A stretch of 37,565 bases of DNA, from positions 1 to 37,565 of the forward strand of contig SXSO01000112.1 in NCBI GenBank assembly GCA_005792205.1. The letters are read 5' to 3'. The notes beneath the pieces were generated by a model. That model saw only the letters and a list, made by a program, of their open reading frames with translations. It searched no databases and was not told the origin of the DNA. The translations under genes were made by a program, and so were the position numbers. Positions 9,171-16,421 of this stretch are shown one piece after another; within the stretch, counting starts at the first letter, position 1, and each line of letters opens with the position of its first letter. Source of the stretch: Bacteroidota bacterium. Its GTDB lineage: Bacteria; Bacteroidota; Ignavibacteria; UBA10030; F1-140-MAGs086.

Positions 9171-9899
9171 ATGAGGAATATAAAACTTTCAATTGAATAT
9201 GATGGAACAAATTTCTTTGGATGGCAAACTCAAAATAATTTGAGAACTGTTCAAAGTGAAATTGAAAATATTGGAGAAAAATTTTTAAAACATAAAATTA
9301 AATTAATTGGAGCAGGACGAACAGACACAGGAGTTCATGCAAAAGGACAAATTGCAAATTTCAAAACTGAGGTAAATTTAAGTTGCAAAAAAATTTTAAG
9401 CGCATTCAATGGGCTTCTTCCAAATGATATTGCAATTTATGATGTAGAAGATGTAGATATTTTTTACAATTCTCGATTTGACGCAAAATTAAGAGAATAT
9501 TCTTACACAATTTCAAAAATTCCAACTGCTATTTTAAAAAATTTTTCAATTGAAATTTTTTATCCACTTGATATAAAAAAGATGAATAAATGTGCAAAAA
9601 ATTTGATTGGAAAGTTTGACTTTTCATCTTTTTGTAAATCAATTGATGAAGTAAAAAATACAATTTGTGAAGTAAAATTTGCTGAATGGAGAGAAGAAAA
9701 TCAATTACTTATTTTTTCAATTAAAGCAAATAGATTTATTCACGGAATGGTGAGAGCAATTGTTGGAACATTGATAGATGTTGGAAGAAAAAAAATTTCA
9801 ATTGAAGAATTTAATAAAATATTTTTTTCTAAAAATAGAATTTTTGCATCTCAATCAGCACCATCAAAAGGACTTACATTGGAAAAAGTTATTTACTAA
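9171..9899 (+). CDS. truA: tRNA pseudouridine(38-40) synthase
   Basis: IKLSIEYDGTNFFGWQTQ and the catalytic GAGRTDTGVHAKGQ motif. Length 242 aa. Confidence 0.93.
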   Translation: MRNIKLSIEYDGTNFFGWQTQNNLRTVQSEIENIGEKFLKHKIKLIGAGRTDTGVHAKGQIANFKTEVNLSCKKILSAFNGLLPNDIAIYDVEDVDIFYNSRFDAKLREYSYTISKIPTAILKNFSIEIFYPLDIKKMNKCAKNLIGKFDFSSFCKSIDEVKNTICEVKFAEWREENQLLIFSIKANRFIHGMVRAIVGTLIDVGRKKISIEEFNKIFFSKNRIFASQSAPSKGLTLEKVIY

Positions 9900-11526
9900 T
9901 ATGAAAAATTTGGTGATTAAAGTTTTCTATCTCAATTTCCTCAAAAAGTTTTTCAAAAAAAAGAATTCCATATTTATTCAAAAAATAAATTACATTCAAT
10001 TCTCTTTCTTGCCAATTGTCATTTGGGAAAAACGAATTTGCTGATTTTTCAATTTGATTTGAAATTGTAGAAAACTTTTTTTTCTCCATTTCAATTGTCT
10101 TATGTTTTATATTTTCAACTTGATAATAAATTTTATTTTTTACAGTTTCAAAATTATTTTTTAAAGTTAAATCCACATTTTGCACTTTATTTTCAATATC
10201 GTCTAATATTTCTTTCAATTTCATTTTTGACTCTTCAAAAAATTTATCAAGTTGAGAATCAACAACGTGATTTAAAATTTTATTTTTTAAAATTTCCTTT
10301 TCTTCAAATAAATTTTCATGGTTTAATTTATGTTTTTCAATTACTTTTTGAGTATCACTTTCTGAAATTGTAAGTGAAACTCGCGGAAAAATAATTGGCA
10401 TTGTAAGTCCAAAGTAATTGTAGAGTGGTTTAATTTGCGTGAAATATGCAATCTCAGATGGACCTCCAACATAAGAAACAGTTGGCAAAATATAATCTTG
10501 ACAAATTGGACGAAATGAAACATTTGGAGAAAATTTTTCAGGATTTGTATGAAGAAAATCCAAAATCTCTTTTTTTGAAAAATTTATTCTTGTTCCTTTT
10601 AAATTTATGTCATCATAAAATGGTTCAAGAGCATAACGTTCATCGTTATAAGTAAAAAATAAATTGATTGGACGAATTTTTATTTGAGAAACATATTCTT
10701 TTTCAATTTTATCGGTTTGAGTAACAAGAAGTTGTGAAGATGTTGGATATTCAAGTATTTCTTTTTCAAAAATTGGAATTAAAATTTTTTTTAGTTCTTT
10801 GTCAAATGGATTTAAAATTACTAACCCATATTCTCCAAAAAGTTTTAGAAGAATTTTTGTGAAAGAATCAGCAAAATTATTTTCATAATTATATAACGAC
10901 AAAAAATTTTTTTTCAATTCATCACTAAATTCAGTATGTATTAAATCATCTAAAATTTTCTCTTTAAAATATTCAATAGATAAATCAAAATTTAAACTTC
11001 CAACTTGTGCTTTCTCATTTTTACTATTTAAAAAATATCTGTGTGTAGATACTTTTTTTTCTTTATTTAAAATTTTTATTAAACTAATTTCTTCATAATC
11101 GTGATCTTCACATTCAAGATAAAAAATAGGAACAAACTTTTTTTCAGGAAATTTTTCTGACAATTTTTTTGCAAGTTGAATAGCAGTAAATGTTTTGTAA
11201 ATTGTATAAAGTGGTCCAAGAAAAATTCCACTTTGTTGTCCCGTTACAATAGCAAATGTATTTTCATTTTTCAAACATTCAATGTTATTTTTCGTTTCAT
11301 CACTTATTTCAAATTTTTGCATTTGAGAAAAAATTACGTTAGATACTTTTTCTCTAATTTTTTTTTCCTTTGAAATTGAATTTGCAATAGATAAAAAATT
11401 AAGAGAATTTCTGAAATCTCCATTGAAAAAATTTTGAACTTTATTAAAATCATACAAATAATTCAAGTATATTTTGTTCAAATTTTTGGCAACAAATTCT
11501 ATGTTTCTATAGTCAATAGTAATCAT
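9889..11526 (-). CDS. bshC: Bacillithiol biosynthesis cysteine-adding enzyme BshC
   Basis: 545 aa. It carries the hallmark VTGQQSGIFLGPLYTIYKTFTAIQLAKKL, has the typical BshC length, and has a coiled C-terminal region. Confidence 0.8.
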   Translation of the reverse strand: MITIDYRNIEFVAKNLNKIYLNYLYDFNKVQNFFNGDFRNSLNFLSIANSISKEKKIREKVSNVIFSQMQKFEISDETKNNIECLKNENTFAIVTGQQSGIFLGPLYTIYKTFTAIQLAKKLSEKFPEKKFVPIFYLECEDHDYEEISLIKILNKEKKVSTHRYFLNSKNEKAQVGSLNFDLSIEYFKEKILDDLIHTEFSDELKKNFLSLYNYENNFADSFTKILLKLFGEYGLVILNPFDKELKKILIPIFEKEILEYPTSSQLLVTQTDKIEKEYVSQIKIRPINLFFTYNDERYALEPFYDDINLKGTRINFSKKEILDFLHTNPEKFSPNVSFRPICQDYILPTVSYVGGPSEIAYFTQIKPLYNYFGLTMPIIFPRVSLTISESDTQKVIEKHKLNHENLFEEKEILKNKILNHVVDSQLDKFFEESKMKLKEILDDIENKVQNVDLTLKNNFETVKNKIYYQVENIKHKTIEMEKKKFSTISNQIEKSANSFFPNDNWQERELNVIYFLNKYGILFFEKLFEEIEIENFNHQIFHISK

Positions 11527-11562
11527 TTTTCAAAAACTTTTTCAAATATACTCACAAACAAA

Positions 11563-12555
11563 ATGAAAATAGCAGTATTTTTAGGTGGAATTTCAACAGA
11601 AAGAAATGTTTCACTCGCTTCAGGAAAAAGTGTACTTTTTGCACTTCAAAATTTGGGACATAATGTAATTGCAATTGATCCTGCATTTGGAAAAAATCAA
11701 AAAAAAAATTTGATAGATGAAATTCCAGAAAACATTTCACAATTTTCATTTGATATAAATGAAAGTAAAAAATTTTCTCCATCAAGTTATCATGAAACTA
11801 TTTTTTCAAATTTGTTGTATGATATAGATTTGGTTTTTCTAACTCTTCACGGAAAATACGGTGAAGATGGAACTATTCAAACACTTTTGGAGCTTCGTGA
11901 AAAAAAATTTACGGGTTCAAATTCGTTTTCAAGTGCTTTGGCAATGGATAAACATATTTCTAAAATTCTTTTTCAAAAAGAAAATATTTTAACTCCAAAT
12001 TGGATTCAACTTGAAAAAAATAAAAATCAAAATTTAGAAAACATAAAATTTCCTATTGTTGTAAAACCAAACGACGGTGGCTCAACAATTGGAATGTCAA
12101 TTGTAAAAGAAGAAAATCAATTGCAAAATGCAATTGATTTGGCATTTGTTCATTCAAATAAAATTCTTTTGGAAGAATATATTGAAGGACAAGAATTGAC
12201 AGTTTCAATTTTGGAAAATTCTCCGCTTCCAATTATAGAAATTAAACCTAAAAAAAATTTTTACGACTACACAAGAAAATATACAAAAGGTGAAACTGAA
12301 TATATTTGTCCCGCAAAAATAGATAATGATTTGACACAAAAAATTCAACTTGCTGCTCTTAATGCTTTTAATGGATTAAATTGCAAAACATTTGCGAGAG
12401 TTGATTTTAGGTTAAGAAATGATGAAAAGTTTTTCTGTTTAGAAGTAAATACACTTCCCGGAATGACTTCAACAAGTTTAGTTCCAAAAGCAGCAAAATC
12501 AATTGGAATTGATTTTGAATCGCTTTGTCAAAAAATTATTGAGTTAAGTTTGTAA
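11563..12555 (+). CDS. ddl: D-alanine--D-alanine ligase
   Basis: MKIAVFLGGISTERNVSLASGKSV N-terminus, an ATP-grasp body, and EVNTLPGMTSTSLVPKAA at the C-terminus. The start is moved to the ATG at 11563, because the track start 11434 adds 43 non-homologous residues that overlap bshC. Confidence 0.93.
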   Translation: MKIAVFLGGISTERNVSLASGKSVLFALQNLGHNVIAIDPAFGKNQKKNLIDEIPENISQFSFDINESKKFSPSSYHETIFSNLLYDIDLVFLTLHGKYGEDGTIQTLLELREKKFTGSNSFSSALAMDKHISKILFQKENILTPNWIQLEKNKNQNLENIKFPIVVKPNDGGSTIGMSIVKEENQLQNAIDLAFVHSNKILLEEYIEGQELTVSILENSPLPIIEIKPKKNFYDYTRKYTKGETEYICPAKIDNDLTQKIQLAALNAFNGLNCKTFARVDFRLRNDEKFFCLEVNTLPGMTSTSLVPKAAKSIGIDFESLCQKIIELSL

Positions 12556-12561
12556 AAAAAA

Positions 12562-13542
12562 CTATTTTCTTCTTCCGTTGTGATAAAGAGGAAGTGGTTG
12601 TGGCTCAAAATAAAAATCATTTTTTGTATTTCCCGTATGATAACCTCCTGCAAATCTTGCAAGTGAATTAAATTCAGGAATTAATCCTGCTGATTCGTTT
12701 CCATCTCCAATTAAAGTTGGATAATTTCCAAAACGAACAACATCCACAATATTTTTTTCATAAGAAATTATAGAATCAATTACCACAAATTCAAGTGGAA
12801 ATGGAATTCCATTTATCTCCAAGTTTTCGTTGTGTGAAATAATTTTATGTTTAATTTTTACAAGGTTTATTTCACTTGTTTCAGAAAGTTTGTAACTTGT
12901 ATATACTCCAAAAATTTTACTTTCACTAATAGTTCCAAAAAAATCTCCCAACATAACAAGTGTATCAAAATCAAATAATACTTGAGGTTGCAAAATTCTA
13001 CCTTCACCATAATCGGTATGATCTTCAAGTCGTCCATAATCATTTGTAATCAACATTAATTCGTCTTTATCAAGTGGCATCTTTCTAATAGAATCTCCAC
13101 CTCCAAACTCTCTCATAAATGGAGAAAATAAATATGACATAGAATTTGGATTCAGTGGAACATACATTTTTCTTTTTCCAAGAGAAATTGGAGGAATTGG
13201 AGAAAATGGATTTCCAGATTCTGTCTCTGCTTCAATTTGTAAATAATATCCTGAAATTAAAACTGTGTCTTGAATAAACATTGATGTATCTTGACCAATA
13301 ATTGCAACAACTGTATCACGTGCAATTTCAAATTCATCAATTGTATTTATTGAAGTAGGTGTTGGATTTAAAACTTCAATCCAAGAATATGTACTTTGAT
13401 GAGATGGTGAAAGTGCAAATACTTCATTTATCACAAGATGGTTTGAAACTTGTGAATTTTGTTTTGGTGGAATAATATCTGTTGTAAGTTCGCATCCAAT
13501 TATTGAAAATAAAATTAAACTCAAAAAAATATTTTTCATCAT
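12562..13542 (-). CDS. Lipoprotein with an N-terminal lamin-tail-domain (LTD)-like module. Last gene of the six-gene operon.
   Basis: Lipobox LILFSIIGC. HLVINEVFAL...YSWIEVLNPT fits the LTD signature (INEv....eWiEL.N). The remaining ~230 aa are not recognisable. It starts 2 nt after the upstream stop. Confidence 0.6.
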   Translation of the reverse strand: MMKNIFLSLILFSIIGCELTTDIIPPKQNSQVSNHLVINEVFALSPSHQSTYSWIEVLNPTPTSINTIDEFEIARDTVVAIIGQDTSMFIQDTVLISGYYLQIEAETESGNPFSPIPPISLGKRKMYVPLNPNSMSYLFSPFMREFGGGDSIRKMPLDKDELMLITNDYGRLEDHTDYGEGRILQPQVLFDFDTLVMLGDFFGTISESKIFGVYTSYKLSETSEINLVKIKHKIISHNENLEINGIPFPLEFVVIDSIISYEKNIVDVVRFGNYPTLIGDGNESAGLIPEFNSLARFAGGYHTGNTKNDFYFEPQPLPLYHNGRRK

Positions 13543-13544
13543 AA

Positions 13545-14456
13545 TTAAAAATTTACTTCAAAAGAAAATGTATGAGTAGATGGCAACACTTTAAAATTAT
13601 TGAAACCATAATCAATTTTTAAAATATTTGGAATGTCATATCCAAAACCAAGTGTAAGATTTTCAGCATCATAATTGAACTTATATCCGCTGCGAAGTGC
13701 AAAATTTTGAAATGCATATTCAACTCCAAGATTGTATTGTTCATCAGCATCATTTGGACGAGAAACTTGAAATGCCGTGATAAATTTAGAATACTCATCT
13801 TCATATAAAACAGTATTTGTTCCAAATTTTAATGCTGTTGGAATAGCATACGCTTCACGAACATATTGAATATCATCTCCAAGATTTGTAATTGAAACAC
13901 CAAGTCGTGTATTAATTTCTGCGATATCGTAAAGTGTTCCGATGTCAAATGCAAATGTTTTTGCAGTTATTTCATCATTGAAAAGAAACGAATAAATATA
14001 TTTTACTCCAACTCCAACTGAAAATTCTGTACTAATTTTTTTTGCATAAACAAGATGGAAGGCATAATCTCCAGAAGTAAATTTTCTTCCCGTTCCTTCG
14101 GGATTAAGTGGTGTTGTTTCAATCATATCATCTGTTGAAAGAATTGTTGTTCCAATTCCAATTGTTCCAATGTCTTCATAATTTATAACTCCTCCAATAA
14201 ATGAATGATTTATATTTGCAAACCACTTTGAATACGAAGATGCAACTGCTGTTTGTTCTACACTTAAAATTCCACTTGGATTAAAAGCAAGAGAAGTTAC
14301 TCCACTAGCGAGTGCAACTTGTGCTGAACCCATTCCAACAATTCTTGCATTTGTAGGAAGTTTTAAAAATTGTCCCGAAACAATTCCTGCTCTTTCTCCT
14401 GAAATTGCATTTGAAATTAAAAAGAAAAATAAAATAATACTTAAAACTTGTTTCAT
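13545..14456 (-). CDS. PorV/PorQ-family-like outer-membrane beta-barrel
   Basis: 303 aa with a signal peptide. The N-terminal AGIVSGQFLKLPTNARIVGMGSAQVALASGVTSLAFNPSGIL fits the PorV/PorQ pattern (FL.i...AR..gMG.a.vA......l..NPAG). The body shows alternating beta-strand periodicity and ends in FSFEVNF (aromatic terminus). Confidence 0.6.
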   Translation of the reverse strand: MKQVLSIILFFFLISNAISGERAGIVSGQFLKLPTNARIVGMGSAQVALASGVTSLAFNPSGILSVEQTAVASSYSKWFANINHSFIGGVINYEDIGTIGIGTTILSTDDMIETTPLNPEGTGRKFTSGDYAFHLVYAKKISTEFSVGVGVKYIYSFLFNDEITAKTFAFDIGTLYDIAEINTRLGVSITNLGDDIQYVREAYAIPTALKFGTNTVLYEDEYSKFITAFQVSRPNDADEQYNLGVEYAFQNFALRSGYKFNYDAENLTLGFGYDIPNILKIDYGFNNFKVLPSTHTFSFEVNF

Positions 14457-14461
14457 AATTT

Positions 14462-16405
14462 TTATCTGATAATTACAAACTTTCCAACTTGTGTTTCAAA
14501 TTCATCCGATTCAACTGTAAAAACATAAATTCCACTTGCAATTGCACGATTGCTTTGACTTAATAACTCCCAATCTACATAACCATTTTCTGGATCATTG
14601 TGATAAATTTCATCAACTAAATCTCCCGCAAGTGAAAAAATTTTTATAGTACATTTTTTTGGAGTGTGAATAAACCGAATCATTCTTTTATTTTCATTCC
14701 AATTTTCTGTCTTTCCTTCCCAACCTCCGTTTTCAAATGTATAACTCTCATCCACACGATATGGATTTGGAACAACCATAACTTGGTTTGGTTTTTCAGC
14801 AGGAGTAAATGGAACCACAACTTTAACCCAATTTTCACGAATCGAAGATTCAGTTGGAAGTGTTCTCACGGTATCTAAAGAAGTATCTTGACCTTGTATA
14901 AATTCGTTTGGAATTGAAAACGAAGTAACTGAATACCAATATGTATTTCCTCTCATTAAATCATCATCTACATAAGTTGTTTCAATCCCTGTATTAAATT
15001 CAAACTCATCTATTTCATCAACTTGACGAAGAAGCGTAAAACTTTCAAGTGGTGGTCTATCAGAAGGATCTATACTGCGATAAATTCTAAATCCTTCAAA
15101 CACAAAACCTCCCGTTGTATCATTTCCATGTGGATTTCTAATGCTATCGTGGTTTGCAACATTGTTTGAATCATCCCACGCACTTAGAGGATCTCTATTC
15201 CAAATTAAACGAATTTTTTTATCTCCAACATCTGCTTTTAGTTTTGGAGATGGTGGAACAAATGGAAGTTTGTAACCAAGACGATAAATTTCAATTGCTT
15301 TTTTTGCATTTGATTTTAAATGTTCTACATTATCTCCTGAAAGTATTGAAAAAACAACATTTATAGTATCATTTGGATTAATTGTAAATGGTCCAAATGA
15401 GAGAATAAAACGCGTATCACTCAACTGTGAAATTTGAGATGACTGTCCATTTACAACAGTTCCACGAGCCATTAGATTATCATATCTTTCCGCATCATTA
15501 TCATCTTGAATATTATTCGTTGTAAAATCTAACCATTGATAAGTATATCTCAAACTATCAACTAAAATTGAAGGATGAATTAAAGCACATCCAATAGGAG
15601 ATGCTTTTTTTGCAATTGGATTATGAATATAACCTAATCTCAAATCGGAAATATATCCTGAATAATTATCTTCATAATAAGTTGGTGTAGTGATTTGTCC
15701 AACATCTCCATCAAGAAAATAACCAACATATGCTTCTGTTATTGGACGATTTCCTCTATTTATTATTCTTAAATCTACAGGCATAATTCCCGAAGCATAT
15801 TCATCACTCCAAGAAAATGTTTTTTGTATTACTTCTACATTCATTGGAATATGATTTGCAACATTGGTTCCAGTTCCATAATCACGATATCTTACATAAA
15901 AATCTTCATCTGAAACTTTTTTAAATGGAAAATTCCAATACTCATCCCAACCTTCTGGTTTTACTGTATCAGTTACAACCCAAATTTTATCTTCAAGTAA
16001 TGAACCCGGAAAAAGTTCTTGAATTGCACCATTTCCTTCATATCCCGTTGAAACAACTTTTATTCCTTCTTGCATATTTCCCACAACTGATGTATCAATT
16101 TTTCCGCCAACCCAAATGCCTGCTCCATACATATGTTCAAAACTGGAAACCTTATATTCAATTCCAAGAGTTTCAGCGGGAGGCGAAGATTGACTTCCAA
16201 CATTCCACGCTTGTTTTCCTATTGTAGAACTATTACTTATCAAAACCTTCATATCAGAATTTTCTCCTTGATATCTATGTTCATAATTTGGAGAGATAGA
16301 TGAAGTTTGGTTGCGTTTTGGTTTTGAAACAATTTTATTTTTTTCTCTTGCAAAAGAAAAAACTGAAAAACTAAAAACTAGAATTAAAGCAATAAATTTA
16401 TTCAT
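14462..16405 (-). CDS. Secreted protein with an unassigned ~380-aa N-terminal domain, an FN3-like module and a variant T9SS-like C-terminal domain
   Basis: Signal peptide without a lipobox Cys (LILVFSFSVFSFA). The FN3-like stretch is PPSPKLKADVGDKKIRLIWNRDP...FEGFRIYRS...YVDDDLMRGNTYWYSVTSF. The C-terminus is VVPNPYRVDES...IRFIHTPKKCTIKIFSLAGDLVDEIYH...VDWELLSQSNRAIASGIYVFTVES...GKFVIIR. Confidence 0.65.
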   Translation of the reverse strand: MNKFIALILVFSFSVFSFAREKNKIVSKPKRNQTSSISPNYEHRYQGENSDMKVLISNSSTIGKQAWNVGSQSSPPAETLGIEYKVSSFEHMYGAGIWVGGKIDTSVVGNMQEGIKVVSTGYEGNGAIQELFPGSLLEDKIWVVTDTVKPEGWDEYWNFPFKKVSDEDFYVRYRDYGTGTNVANHIPMNVEVIQKTFSWSDEYASGIMPVDLRIINRGNRPITEAYVGYFLDGDVGQITTPTYYEDNYSGYISDLRLGYIHNPIAKKASPIGCALIHPSILVDSLRYTYQWLDFTTNNIQDDNDAERYDNLMARGTVVNGQSSQISQLSDTRFILSFGPFTINPNDTINVVFSILSGDNVEHLKSNAKKAIEIYRLGYKLPFVPPSPKLKADVGDKKIRLIWNRDPLSAWDDSNNVANHDSIRNPHGNDTTGGFVFEGFRIYRSIDPSDRPPLESFTLLRQVDEIDEFEFNTGIETTYVDDDLMRGNTYWYSVTSFSIPNEFIQGQDTSLDTVRTLPTESSIRENWVKVVVPFTPAEKPNQVMVVPNPYRVDESYTFENGGWEGKTENWNENKRMIRFIHTPKKCTIKIFSLAGDLVDEIYHNDPENGYVDWELLSQSNRAIASGIYVFTVESDEFETQVGKFVIIR

Positions 16406-16421
16406 AAAATTAAACTGATTT

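Noticed and set aside
11434-11562. 43-aa N-terminal extension of ddl
   Set aside because: It overlaps the bshC 5' end on the opposite strand and has no Ddl homology. The canonical MKIAVFLGG start is at 11563.
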